From Candidatus Berkelbacteria bacterium (GTDB lineage Bacteria; Patescibacteriota; UBA1384; 2-12-FULL-50-11): DNA of 64,000 nt. This document shows, in pieces, positions 18,492 to 28,265 of the stretch (positions are counted from its first letter, which is position 1; every line of letters starts with the position of its first letter). The DNA is taken from positions 458,561-522,560 of the forward strand of contig CP066697.1 in NCBI GenBank assembly GCA_016432625.1, in the 5' to 3' direction. Made by a program: the position numbers and the translations under genes. Under the pieces are notes generated by a model. The model saw nothing but the letters and a program-made list of their open reading frames with translations, was not told where the DNA came from and made no database searches.

Positions 18492-19559
18492 TTAGTACAC
18501 CATCATCTTAAAGGCTTTCGGATCGAGCGCCCAGGAGAGGGCGGTGTCAATGGTAATCTCGCCGCGACTGACGAGCTCCGCCAAGACTTTGTCGAGAGCG
18601 ATCATGCCTTCTGAGGCAGAAGTCTGGATAATATTGGGCAATTGATGGGTTTTGCCTTCGCGGATAGTATTACGGACTGCAGAGTTAGCAACCATAATTT
18701 CTGTCGCCAGGACCCGGCCGCCCTGTACGCGCGGCAGTAGGCGTTGTGAGACGACACCGAGTAAAACATTCGCGAGCTGCATTCTAACCTGCTGCTGTTG
18801 GTGCGGCGGGAAGACGTCGATGATACGGTCGGCGGTTTGGGCAGCGGAGTTAGTGTGAAGCGTCGTAAACACCAAGTGGCCAGTTTCCGCCAGGGTGAGG
18901 GCGGCTTCAATAGTTTCGAGGTCTCGCATTTCGCCGACGAGCACAACGTTCGGATCTTCTCGTAGAGCGGAGCGCAAGGCGCGACTAAACGAGTTGGTGT
19001 CGCTGCCAATTTCCCGTTGAACTATAATCGACTTCTTGTGTTCGAAGACATATTCGATCGGATCTTCGATCGTAATCACGTGTTCTGCCCGCTTCTGGTT
19101 GATCGACTCAATAAGCGCCGCGAGCGTGGTGGATTTACCGTGACCAGTTGGCCCGGTAATGATAACGAAGCCTTGGCTAGGTTCAGTAAAACGTTCCAGG
19201 ATCGGCGGGATACCGAGTTCGTCCATCGCTTTAATCGCCATCGGGATAAGCCTGAGAGCAGCTGATAGCGCCCCCTTCTGGTAGAAGGCGTTAGTTCGGA
19301 AACGAGTTTTGCCGTAACCAAAAGAAAAGTCCAGCTCACGACGTTGGTGAAGTCGCTCGATTTGCTCGGCGACCATAATACTCATTAATAAACGCTCGGC
19401 GGATTCAGGTGTAACGGCGCCGTGCTCAGTTAACGGGAAAAGTTTACCGTCGATTCTAATTGTTGGCGGCACACCTACGGTAATGTGTAGGTCGCTCGCC
19501 CCTTTCTCGATCGCCAAGTCGAGCAGTTGCTTCATCTCGGCGGTCATTGCATCTGACAT
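18492..19559 (-). CDS. pilT: Pilus retraction ATPase PilT
   Basis: GASDLH, GPTGHGKSTT, ALREDPN, AETGHLV, AVRNTIRE. Confidence 0.96.
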   Translation of the reverse strand: MSDAMTAEMKQLLDLAIEKGASDLHITVGVPPTIRIDGKLFPLTEHGAVTPESAERLLMSIMVAEQIERLHQRRELDFSFGYGKTRFRTNAFYQKGALSAALRLIPMAIKAMDELGIPPILERFTEPSQGFVIITGPTGHGKSTTLAALIESINQKRAEHVITIEDPIEYVFEHKKSIIVQREIGSDTNSFSRALRSALREDPNVVLVGEMRDLETIEAALTLAETGHLVFTTLHTNSAAQTADRIIDVFPPHQQQQVRMQLANVLLGVVSQRLLPRVQGGRVLATEIMVANSAVRNTIREGKTHQLPNIIQTSASEGMIALDKVLAELVSRGEITIDTALSWALDPKAFKMMVY

Positions 19560-19577
19560 TTTCCTCCCAATTCCCCT

Positions 19578-22157
19578 CTAGACAGGTAATTCTTTAATTT
19601 GAGTCGTTGTGACCCGAAGGACTTCATCAATTGTCGTGATGCCCTTCAATGCTTTTATTAAACCATCTTGTGACATAGTTATCATCCCCGCATCAACCGC
19701 AGCCTTCTTTATCTCGGAGGCAGGAGCCTTGCTAACGGCGAGCGATTCGATTTTTTCGCTCATCGTTAACACCTCGTAAATGCCGATTCGTCCTTTATAA
19801 CCGTCTGTGCATTGCGAACAACCCTCGCCCTTATAGAAAACTAGCGATTCAAGGTTAATATTCTTAAGCTTCCCTGAAGGCAAGGCTTCAAGCTCTTTCT
19901 TGACGTGCGACAACACTGCCGGTGGAATTGGCGCTTTCTTTTTGCAATTATCGCAGATTTTGCGAACCAAACGTTGACCGACTACGGCGTTAACAGATGA
20001 GGTAATAAGAAACGGCTCAACGCCCATATTGATCATTCGTGGCAGGGCGCCAGCAGCGTCGTTGGTGTGAAGCGTCGAAAGCACTAAGTGACCCGTTAAG
20101 GCGGCGTGAGTAGCCATCGCGGCAGTTTCGAGGTCGCGGACCTCTCCGACCATGATAACGTTAGGATCTTGCCTCAGAACCGAGCGCAGGCCCTCAGCAA
20201 AGGTAAAGCCGATACCCGGCTTAACTTGCGCCTGGTTGATACCCGGGAGTTCGTATTCGACGGGATCTTCAAGCGTGATGATATTAACGCCTGGCTTACT
20301 AATTCTTGTTAAAACGGCGTATAGAGTTGTTGATTTACCCGAACCGGTCGGCCCGGTAGCAAGAATAATACCGTACGGTTTGTTGATGTTTTCAATCAGC
20401 CGGTCAAAGTTAGTTCCGGTCACCCCAAGCTGTTCAAGGGACAGAACGCCTTCTGACTTATCGAGCAGACGCATCACAACCTTTTCGCCGTGGACGGTCG
20501 GCATTGTTGAGACACGAAGGTCGACTTGGCGATTATCGATCACCACGTCGAACCTACCGTCTTGCGGAATACGCTGCTCGTCGATCTTCATTTTGGAGAG
20601 AATTTTGATTCGAGAGATGAGCGGGGCGTGTAGAAAATGCGGCACTCGAATAACATCGTGCAGGATGCCGTCGATACGAAAGCGGACCCGGACGCTTTCC
20701 TGTTCCGCTTCGACGTGAACGTCACTTGCCTTCATTCTAATAGCGAGGAATAGCGTCCCGGCAACAATCTCCGGAATACGGCCGTTTTTAAAGACCTTAG
20801 CCAGAAGGTCAGGACTGGTAACCGGTTCTTTGAGCAATCGGTCAAGGTTCTGGTTCTCAAGGCTTAGCTCTTGTTCTTTAGCTAGTCGCTGCAGTTCTTC
20901 ACCAGTGTCCTCAGAAGGGCGACTAATGATGTCCGTGGCCGAGAGCTTAATGCCGTCGCCCTTCTCGACCATGATATCGGCCTGCGGCTTGTGAGCCTCA
21001 GGTTTGGTTGGCTGCAGAAGCGGCGGTTTCGGCGCGTTGTTGATTGGCGAGGGCTGCTCGGCGTCTTTTTTCTGAGGCGTCGGCATGACTGGAGCGGTCG
21101 CTTGCTTGTCCTCGTGCTCAGTTACTATTTGGGCGGCTTCTGAAGCCTCGCGCGGATAAAGCTTGAGCGCTACCTCAAAGGAGTTAAGGTCGGTTCGGTA
21201 ACGGTCAACCAAGACTTTGTTTCGCGATTCGATATAGCTCAAGATCTCTCGGACCTTGACGTCGTCGGGGTTAACGGCAGCAACCTTGATGAGCGATGGT
21301 TCCAGTTTGCTTTTTGGCTCAACTGCTGCAAAAACGATGATTTGGTACTTCTCGGCCACATTAACCGGGATCTTATTAAGAACTTCCTCCGGTATTTGCA
21401 TATTTCGTAAATCAATCGTCTTGGGACGCTCTTCAACAGTTTTAACTAAACCGGCCGGTGCTGCTGGACGAGACTGGATGAGCGGAATTTTAGCGACATC
21501 CGTTGCTTCAGTGTTGTGTTCCTGCTCAATAACATGTTCCGGCTTTAAAAAAGTCGGAATCGGGCTTTTTGCTGGAGGTGTAAATTTTTCTTCCTTTTCA
21601 ACATGCGGCTGCTCGGAGGAGGTAATGGGTGCTGTTTTCGATGAAAGTTCCTCGTGGCGCGGCGGCATAATCGGCCGAGGGGAGACATCCGGGCGGTGGT
21701 AAATCTTATCTAGGGCGGCTTCGATTTCGATGCGCGACGCGATCGAGAGATGCACCTTGAGACCTTTTTGCTGGCGTAACTTTACAAGCATATCGGGGGC
21801 GTTACGTTGCAGTTTTGCTGGGTCGCCAACGGCTACCCAGAGATCAAGACGATCGAGATCGTAGACTAGAGTGCTATATTTGCGAGCCACTACCTCAGGA
21901 AGTAAACGCGCGGTTTCAGCTGGGATAGGCTTGTTAACCAAATGCATGAAGGGCAGTTCGTAGAACTCTGCGTAAGCTTTGGCTAACTCTAGCTCATCAA
22001 CCAGATGATGACTTAAGAGGTAGCGATCGACTTCGTCGAGATATTTACCGCCCAGAATTGACGAAAACCCCGGCTTTATCAAGCTTTTGTCAATTAGCAA
22101 TTTTAGAAACGACTTGGTGCTGTTAGCGTAAAGCTGGGGCAGAACGTGTAGCGTCAT
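19578..22157 (-). CDS. pilB: Pilus assembly ATPase PilB/GspE with extended N-terminus
   Basis: ASDVH, PQDGR, GPTGSGKSTT, LRQDP, four-Cys zinc site. Confidence 0.94.
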   Translation of the reverse strand: MTLHVLPQLYANSTKSFLKLLIDKSLIKPGFSSILGGKYLDEVDRYLLSHHLVDELELAKAYAEFYELPFMHLVNKPIPAETARLLPEVVARKYSTLVYDLDRLDLWVAVGDPAKLQRNAPDMLVKLRQQKGLKVHLSIASRIEIEAALDKIYHRPDVSPRPIMPPRHEELSSKTAPITSSEQPHVEKEEKFTPPAKSPIPTFLKPEHVIEQEHNTEATDVAKIPLIQSRPAAPAGLVKTVEERPKTIDLRNMQIPEEVLNKIPVNVAEKYQIIVFAAVEPKSKLEPSLIKVAAVNPDDVKVREILSYIESRNKVLVDRYRTDLNSFEVALKLYPREASEAAQIVTEHEDKQATAPVMPTPQKKDAEQPSPINNAPKPPLLQPTKPEAHKPQADIMVEKGDGIKLSATDIISRPSEDTGEELQRLAKEQELSLENQNLDRLLKEPVTSPDLLAKVFKNGRIPEIVAGTLFLAIRMKASDVHVEAEQESVRVRFRIDGILHDVIRVPHFLHAPLISRIKILSKMKIDEQRIPQDGRFDVVIDNRQVDLRVSTMPTVHGEKVVMRLLDKSEGVLSLEQLGVTGTNFDRLIENINKPYGIILATGPTGSGKSTTLYAVLTRISKPGVNIITLEDPVEYELPGINQAQVKPGIGFTFAEGLRSVLRQDPNVIMVGEVRDLETAAMATHAALTGHLVLSTLHTNDAAGALPRMINMGVEPFLITSSVNAVVGQRLVRKICDNCKKKAPIPPAVLSHVKKELEALPSGKLKNINLESLVFYKGEGCSQCTDGYKGRIGIYEVLTMSEKIESLAVSKAPASEIKKAAVDAGMITMSQDGLIKALKGITTIDEVLRVTTTQIKELPV

Positions 22158-22166
22158 ACATTTATA

Positions 22167-22439
22167 TTAATAACGCTCAAAGACGTTCGACCGGCCAATA
22201 TTATTGGCGTCGAAGCTAACCGGCACGCCGTTAGGTACGTTTAGTTTGCGGACCGCCTCTGTCACTGCATTACCAGAGAAAAAGTCACGAGGCAAGATGT
22301 CGAGAGGCTTCGCCTTTGCGGCAACATCGGCTGAACGTGGCAGATTGAGTAGCAGTGAGACGATGAAGCCTAGGACAGCGATAAGTAGCAGTGCGAGGCC
22401 AATTAACGTTTGAACTCGGTGTGCGTAACGTGAACCCAT
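22167..22439 (-). CDS. Small bitopic membrane protein of the pilus operon
   Basis: One TM helix; translationally coupled to the PilO-like gene. Confidence 0.7.
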   Translation of the reverse strand: MGSRYAHRVQTLIGLALLLIAVLGFIVSLLLNLPRSADVAAKAKPLDILPRDFFSGNAVTEAVRKLNVPNGVPVSFDANNIGRSNVFERY

Positions 22440-22948
22440 TATTGAGCCTCCCCCTGGAATACTAATCCAAGCTGCATCGTTACTGTCAGAGTACCATTAT
22501 TATCGGCGATCATTGATTGGTCTTTGATAATCACGGTGCGAATATTATTGTGCAAGGAATTCAAAAACGAGGTTACTGTCCCTAGGCCACCGGTGAAGGC
22601 AACCGTAACCGGTACCTCACTGCCGTTAGCTTCGCCAACTGTGGCGGAACCAAGAGTTACACCGCTTGAAGCGGCAAGCGCCTCGATCATCACCAGTACC
22701 TCAGGAATTTGGCCAGTTTTAGGCATCGCTAGATATTGAGCTCGCAAGACAGATTGGATTGATTCACCTTTGTCTCGAATAAAGGTTATATCTTCAATGC
22801 GTTGCTCATAAGAAAACAGCTCCTCTTGCTTGACCTTGGATTCCAGTGAGCGCTCGGTGAAAACATTAATTTGTGGCCGAACGATGAAGAACCAGCCGAT
22901 AATGGCAACGAGCAGAAGTAAGAAGCCGCGGTTCGATTTATTTAGCAT
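22439..22948 (-). CDS. pilO: PilO-like alignment protein
   Basis: TM helix, coiled coil, P...IPEVLVMIEALAASSGV; operon context. Confidence 0.75.
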   Translation of the reverse strand: MLNKSNRGFLLLLVAIIGWFFIVRPQINVFTERSLESKVKQEELFSYEQRIEDITFIRDKGESIQSVLRAQYLAMPKTGQIPEVLVMIEALAASSGVTLGSATVGEANGSEVPVTVAFTGGLGTVTSFLNSLHNNIRTVIIKDQSMIADNNGTLTVTMQLGLVFQGEAQ

Positions 22949-23514
22949 TATTTCAGTACTCCCATATTAAGGCTGCCGGAGATGGTAAAGCTGACGATAC
23001 GGTTGCCATCCTTTGTCGCGAAACCGTTATTGCTGAGTTTAGCGCTACTAAAAGGAGTCGGGGCGGCAGTGGAGCCCTTTTGCCATACCACTAATGCCTG
23101 GGCCAAACTGCTCATGCTTTGTGTCTCCCCATCAAGGCGGAACGTTCCGTTTACATTAAGCTGGATACTGTTAACCTTGACATTTTTAGGCGTCACGGCG
23201 TTTAGCATGGTGTAAAACTGCGACCAATTAACCTTGCTATCAAGTACCGTTTGTAGAAGCTTCTGTCCAGCCAAGACTTCTTCAAGTTGAGTATTAAGGG
23301 TGGTGTATTCCGGCGACGCGAGTGTCTTTTGGCTTGCGCTGATTTTGTTACCGATAGTCTGGGCTCGACTTTTTTGGTAAAGGTTTAAGCCAATAAGAAG
23401 TAGGATTTCTACCAAAACGACAAGGAAAATTGCCACCCCAAAGGTGTCGAACGGACTCTTTGTCGCCTCAACTTGGGCAATTTCTTCCTGATTTTTTTGG
23501 TCGTTCTGAGCCAA
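22948..23514 (-). CDS. pilN: PilN-like alignment protein
   Basis: TM helix, coiled coil, WS...L...TP.NV motif; operon context. Confidence 0.75.
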   Translation of the reverse strand: MAQNDQKNQEEIAQVEATKSPFDTFGVAIFLVVLVEILLLIGLNLYQKSRAQTIGNKISASQKTLASPEYTTLNTQLEEVLAGQKLLQTVLDSKVNWSQFYTMLNAVTPKNVKVNSIQLNVNGTFRLDGETQSMSSLAQALVVWQKGSTAAPTPFSSAKLSNNGFATKDGNRIVSFTISGSLNMGVLK

Positions 23515-23720
23515 AACCCCTCCTTTTTATACTGTACTTTATTACTCTACTGATGTCGTAAGCGCTCTGTCAATGCCGCCTAGCTTCGGTAAATAAAGAC
23601 CCACAATCTGTCTGTAGGCGGTTTCGCAGGGGTGACAGGAAGTCTCGTCGCTATCGCTCCTCGGAAAGCTACTACGCTAACGCTTCGTCGCTAGTGAACC
23701 TGGTTCAAGCCAGACACCAC

Positions 23721-23756
23721 AAAAAGAAGAACGCCCGAATGGGCGTTCTTCTTTTT
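23721..23756. terminator. Intrinsic terminator downstream of tRNA-Trp
   Basis: AAAAAGAAGAACGCCC-GAAT-GGGCGTTCTTCTTTTT. Confidence 0.85.
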
Positions 23757-23757
23757 G

Positions 23758-23831
23758 CAGGGGTGACAGGATTTGAACCTGCGACACACGGTTTTGGAGA
23801 CCGTTGCTCTGCCGGGCTGAGCTACACCCCT
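23758..23831 (-). tRNA. tRNA-Trp (CCA)
   Basis: Cloverleaf AGGGGTG...ACGGT-CTCCAAA-ACCGT...GGTTCAAATCC; 3' CCA not encoded. Confidence 0.95.
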
Positions 23832-23891
23832 ATAATTCGAGCGAACTCGAACAGAGTAATTCTATCAAGTAATTGGCTGAAAATCTGCCGC

Positions 23892-24386
23892 CTAGGCGGT
23901 GTGGCCGGAAGACTCTGTTGATCTGCCAGATTCTTGGGTCTCGCTTAGATCAACTAGTTGGATGCCGAGTTTCAAAGAGGTGTCGCGAATCTTTGGCTCG
24001 CGGTAAAACTCGCCGTAAACAATTTTTTTGATGCCGGCGTTAGCCAGCAGCTTAAAACACTCCCAGCAGGGACTAGCAGTGATGTAAATTTCGGCACCGT
24101 CTACAGCCACACCGTTTCGGGCAGCTTGAACGAGTGCGTTAGTTTCGGCGTGAATCGTGCGGACGCAGTGTCCGTTAACCATGTCGTGCCCAATTTCGTC
24201 ACAGTGCGGTAGGCCACGGATAGAGCCGTTATAACCAGTCGAGAGAATAACACGGTCGCGGACAATGACGGCACCAACGTGCTTACGGTCGCAAGTGCCC
24301 CGAGTCGCCACGACTCTGGCGACGTTCATGAAATATTCGTCCCAACCGACTCGCTTGTACTCTGGTAGCTTAGGCTTTCTTGCCAT
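23892..24386 (-). CDS. dCMP deaminase (ComEB family)
   Basis: WDEYFM, STGYNG, HAE, PCWEC. Confidence 0.92.
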   Translation of the reverse strand: MARKPKLPEYKRVGWDEYFMNVARVVATRGTCDRKHVGAVIVRDRVILSTGYNGSIRGLPHCDEIGHDMVNGHCVRTIHAETNALVQAARNGVAVDGAEIYITASPCWECFKLLANAGIKKIVYGEFYREPKIRDTSLKLGIQLVDLSETQESGRSTESSGHTA

Positions 24387-24915
24387 CTATGTATTTCTCC
24401 ACCTCTTTTTTTAGCTCTTCCTCTGATCCAGTATTTACCACCGTCACGTCGGCCATGGCAATAGGGCCGGCCTGCTGAAGCTTTTCAATTTGACTATGGT
24501 CTCGCGAACGAACCTCAGATTCGCTCAGCGGCCGATGCGGACGGACCGCGAGACGTTTCGCTCTAAGTTGCGGCGGCGAATAGATCGCCATCACTTCTAG
24601 ATACGGAAACTTTTCTTTCAACACTAAATACTCTTCCCAGGAATACATGCTTTCGATCACCACGTCTCCCTTTTTCAGCAGCCGTTCGATTTTGGGGATA
24701 CTAAGCTTGGCGTAGGCGCTCATTCCATGTTCAGCGCGCAAGCGCTCCCTCATCAATCGCTCATTTTTTTCGTTGACCTCGAGACCCTCTTCTTGGAGTT
24801 TTTCAAAAGTCAGGTCGCCAAAATATATTTTTTGGAAGCCGTTTGAAACGAATATTGCCGTGGCAACTGATTTGCCGCTTCCCGGCATTCCTACAAGAGC
24901 TACAAGACGAGGCAT
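24370..24915 (-). CDS. P-loop nucleotide kinase (dephospho-CoA/adenylate kinase-like)
   Basis: GMPGSGKS Walker A; coupled to the dCMP deaminase gene. Confidence 0.8.
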   Translation of the reverse strand: MPRLVALVGMPGSGKSVATAIFVSNGFQKIYFGDLTFEKLQEEGLEVNEKNERLMRERLRAEHGMSAYAKLSIPKIERLLKKGDVVIESMYSWEEYLVLKEKFPYLEVMAIYSPPQLRAKRLAVRPHRPLSESEVRSRDHSQIEKLQQAGPIAMADVTVVNTGSEEELKKEVEKYIDGKKA

Positions 24916-24954
24916 TTCTTCGACCTAATCACGTTTGCCCCGCCTTGCAAAGTC

Positions 24955-25122
24955 TTACTTACCTTCTTTGTGAAGGGTGACTTTACCGCAACGGGTGCAG
25001 AGCTTCTTCAGCTGCAGACGGTCGGGGGTTTTGGTTTTGTTTTTTTCTGTATGGTAATTAATCTCGTGGCACTCGGTGCATTCAAGATGAATTATTGTTC
25101 GGGCTGCTTTTTTCTTTGCCAT
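24955..25122 (-). CDS. rpmG: 50S ribosomal protein L33 (55 aa; not in the ORF track)
   Basis: [55 protein letters not shown]. Confidence 0.95.
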   Translation of the reverse strand: MAKKKAARTIIHLECTECHEINYHTEKNKTKTPDRLQLKKLCTRCGKVTLHKEGK

Positions 25123-25145
25123 TTGTTTCCTTTTCTAGATTTCTG

Positions 25146-25217
<72 letters not shown>

Positions 25218-25347
25218 TTGTCGCGACAGTATTACTGTCTACTAAACGCTCGCTGCCGCAACAAGGTACATTCTATTTTATTCTGGCAGCATCTCGTTTA
25301 ATCGTATCCAGCAACACTGTCGCTCGTTGTTGGAGATTAAACGAATG

Positions 25348-25431
25348 TGCTGGGGGTAGGATTCGAACCTACGAAGGCACAGGGCCGTCTGATTTACAGT
25401 CAGATGCGTTTGACCGCTTCGCTACCCCAGC
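25348..25431 (-). tRNA. tRNA-Tyr (GUA)
   Basis: TCTGA-CTGTAAA-TCAGA, long variable arm, GGTTCGAATCC. Confidence 0.95.
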
Positions 25432-25564
25432 GCGTTGTTAAATTTTATCAAAGAACAGGTTGAAAATACAGGATTTGAGCAACTGTCGGGATACTCGCTC
25501 AAGGCTCATTCCTCAGTAGCATTGAGCCACCTGTCGGAATACTCACGAGTTCGTTCCGACATCG

Positions 25565-25637
25565 AGCCACCTGTCGGAATCGAACCGACGACCCGCTGTT
25601 TACAAAACAGCCGCTCTGGCCTCTGAGCTAAGGTGGC
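25565..25637 (-). tRNA. tRNA-Thr (UGU)
   Basis: GCTGT-TTTGTAA-ACAGC and GGTTCGATTCC. Confidence 0.95.
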
Positions 25638-25649
25638 GCTCCAGTTATT

Positions 25650-26294
25650 CTACTTTTTGTTTAGTAATTGCTCAAGGAGTGCACGGTATTTCGGAGAGAC
25701 CGGATCAAGGCTTATAGCTTCACGGATGGTGGCAATCGCCCGCTGGTTGTCGTTCTTGCCTTCGTAGGCAAGCGCCAAATTGTAATGCCTGGACGGATTG
25801 TACTTATCGAGCTTTACCGCAACTTTGAGAGCCTCGATTGCGTCCGAGTAGCTCTTGCGTTGCAGGTAAATCAGCCCCAACCTGGCGTAAACTTTAGAGT
25901 CTTTGGGGTTTCGCGTTGCTGCTGTTAAGAAAAAACGCTCCGCCTCTTCGAGTTTGCCGCTTTTAAAAAGCGCTTCCCCTTCCTCGTAGTGGGTCATTAA
26001 TTCTGCCCGATCGCCTAAGGCTTCTTCTTTCCAGAAATTAGAATCGCCCTGCGAAGTATTTACGGCGCGTCTCGGAGTATTTAATCCACCCGGATTGAAA
26101 CGCGGTACGCGAACCGCCTTCGTCCTGTCGCTGACCCCGCTTTTAATCTTGTTAAGCAAGCTTAAAATAATCGCCAAAAATGCTTTCGCAATTCTGATAA
26201 TGAACAGCCAGACGCTTTCAATCATCGTAAAACGCCGCAACAACAAAACGATGAATAAGGCAACGGCGACGAAAAAGATTATTTGGGCAGTCAT
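25650..26294 (-). CDS. Membrane-anchored TPR protein
   Basis: N-terminal TM helix and about three TPR repeats (YARLGLIY, HYNLALAY). Confidence 0.85.
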   Translation of the reverse strand: MTAQIIFFVAVALFIVLLLRRFTMIESVWLFIIRIAKAFLAIILSLLNKIKSGVSDRTKAVRVPRFNPGGLNTPRRAVNTSQGDSNFWKEEALGDRAELMTHYEEGEALFKSGKLEEAERFFLTAATRNPKDSKVYARLGLIYLQRKSYSDAIEALKVAVKLDKYNPSRHYNLALAYEGKNDNQRAIATIREAISLDPVSPKYRALLEQLLNKK

Positions 26295-26304
26295 TTTTTA
26301 GTAC

Positions 26305-26922
26305 TCAACTCTCACTCGTACTCGAGTTGAACGGCCAGTTCAAGAGGAAGGAGTCAATTACCAGCTTCTGATTAGCGTTTTGACGCAATCTTCTTATGGC
26401 TCGGTCGAGTAGATTAACCTGAAGAACCTTACTTTTGTTCGGCAAATCCGTCAATTGCGTCTTAGCGGTAGACAGCATCTTTATAAGAAGCTTTTCCAAC
26501 TTACTTCGGTCTTTGACTTGTTCTAAAACGGCTCTTGCTTCGCGGTAGTCGGTAAACAGTTTTTCTGGCTCTAGGTCAGTTTCCCGAATAGCGCTATCGA
26601 GACGGTGCAAGCGCGACTGAATCGTCGGCAATAAACTTGCCGGATTTACGACCTCCAAAATCACCGTCAGGAAAAGGGGCGGTTCCTCGAGGAGTTTGAG
26701 CAAAGTGTTCTGCACTGCCTCGCTCAAGGCATCGGCGTGGCGAATAGCCATCAGCCTTGCGTCCCCAAAAGGTTGCAAACTCGCCTGGGCGATGAGGTGT
26801 CTGGCTTCTTTAACACCGAGCGTATCTGCCTCAACCCACGTTTGATCGATCTTCGACCAAAGCGCAAACCGCGGTTCGGACGGGTCGAGGTAGTTTACCA
26901 GATAGGATCGTCCGGGCTGCAT
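26305..26922 (-). CDS. holB: DNA polymerase III delta-prime-like subunit (short)
   Basis: ADALSEAVQNTLLKLLEEPP and LLPTIQSR. Confidence 0.8.
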   Translation of the reverse strand: MQPGRSYLVNYLDPSEPRFALWSKIDQTWVEADTLGVKEARHLIAQASLQPFGDARLMAIRHADALSEAVQNTLLKLLEEPPLFLTVILEVVNPASLLPTIQSRLHRLDSAIRETDLEPEKLFTDYREARAVLEQVKDRSKLEKLLIKMLSTAKTQLTDLPNKSKVLQVNLLDRAIRRLRQNANQKLVIDSFLLNWPFNSSTSES

Positions 26923-26984
26923 GCATGGATTGTAAAGAAAAACTCATTTTTTAGCGAGACTGCGGTAGTGGTAGAATGGTGGTC

Positions 26985-27299
26985 ATGGAACAGGAATACC
27001 AAGACAAGTCCTTGAAGTGTAAGGACTGTGGCGAAGAATTCATTTGGACGGCTGGCGAACAGGAGTTCTTCTTTTCCCGTGGCTTCAAAAACAAACCAGC
27101 TCGCTGCAAAGAGTGCCGTAAGAAAAATAGGCAAAAAGTAGAGACCGAGTATTTTCGGGTAACTTGCTCCGTCTGTCGCCAGGTCGGCGACGTTCTATTT
27201 AAGCCGGCAAACCCTGAGGCTAAAGTCTATTGCAAAAATTGCTTCGAAACGGAATTCTTAAAGAAAGAAGCGGCGGATAGCGCCGTTACTTCACAGTAG
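26985..27299 (+). CDS. Zinc-ribbon protein with CxxC-x17-CxxC domain
   Basis: CKDCGEEFIWTAGEQEFF...P.RCKEC, then CSVC...VYCKNCF. Confidence 0.88.
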   Translation: MEQEYQDKSLKCKDCGEEFIWTAGEQEFFFSRGFKNKPARCKECRKKNRQKVETEYFRVTCSVCRQVGDVLFKPANPEAKVYCKNCFETEFLKKEAADSAVTSQ

Positions 27300-27483
27300 T
27301 CTTCTTGAGAGTACGACGACACCTGGAACAAATAAGCAGGCCGTTCCATTTTTGCAGGTTCGGCAAAATTGTCCGCTGTGTTTTATGCAGTGACTTTGGG
27401 CGGTTATAGCCAACTTGCGGTGACTTACCACAAATCTGGCAAATTTCCGTACGAATGGTTTTTAGAGATTTTGATCCAAGCAT
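27286..27483 (-). CDS. rpmB: 50S ribosomal protein L28
   Basis: CQICGKSPQVG...KTQRTILPNLQK...ICSRC; start codon inferred. Confidence 0.75.
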   Translation of the reverse strand: MLGSKSLKTIRTEICQICGKSPQVGYNRPKSLHKTQRTILPNLQKWNGLLICSRCRRTLKKTTVK

Positions 27484-27585
27484 TTTGAATGGGTATACCC
27501 GCCGAGACGTAAAGTCTCTAGGGAAAGTCGACGTCCTGTCGACTATCACTAGCGATACACTAGTGGATATCATATATTATTACTG

Positions 27586-28215
27586 ATGCAGCTTCAAGAT
27601 TTCGGGGTCAGTTTAATTCTTATTATTGTCATTCTCCTCAGCCTGTCGGTGCATGAGTACGCTCACGCTCTAGTGGCTTCCATTTTCGGTGACGATACTG
27701 CCAAGCGCGAAGGACGGCAAACGATCAACCCGCTCGCCCACTGGGATCCAGTTGGCACGACGCTCCTTGTGGGATTGTTGCTCCTTAGAGCTTTTGGCCT
27801 AGAGCTTCCGGTCTTTGGCTGGGGTAAGCCGGTACCGGTCAATGAAGACAATTTCGACAACCCACGCTTACAGGGGCTTCAGGTAGCCTTGGCTGGACCG
27901 CTGAGCAATCTACTCTTAGCCGCACTCTTTGCCTTTGTTGCTAACTTAGTAGGCTCATACGGGGTGTGGAGAGAGGTCCTTGTCGCGTCAGTTTATCTCA
28001 ATGTTTTCCTGATGTTCTTCAATTTAATACCTGTGCCACCGTTAGACGGTTCCAGAATTTTGCGCTTGTTTATCAGTGACCGAGCCTACTACGCTCTGAG
28101 CGCAAACCCGATGATCTTTTTTGTTTTGATTTTCTTGGCGTTTGGGTTCCTGCTTAACTATTTAGTCCAGCTCAGCTACTTCCTCACCGGGAAATTATTA
28201 ATCCTCAGCCTGTGA
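27586..28215 (+). CDS. Site-2 protease (M50 family)
   Basis: HEYAH, ALAGPLSN, NLIPVPPLDG. Confidence 0.93.
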   Translation: MQLQDFGVSLILIIVILLSLSVHEYAHALVASIFGDDTAKREGRQTINPLAHWDPVGTTLLVGLLLLRAFGLELPVFGWGKPVPVNEDNFDNPRLQGLQVALAGPLSNLLLAALFAFVANLVGSYGVWREVLVASVYLNVFLMFFNLIPVPPLDGSRILRLFISDRAYYALSANPMIFFVLIFLAFGFLLNYLVQLSYFLTGKLLILSL

Positions 28216-28265
28216 GTATCGGCGGCCAATGTGTGGCCGCCTTAATTCGGCTAGAATAGGGCGGT

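Noticed and set aside
23694-23720. GGTTCAAGCC T-loop-like string suggesting another tRNA
   Set aside because: No D arm, anticodon arm or acceptor stem is present.
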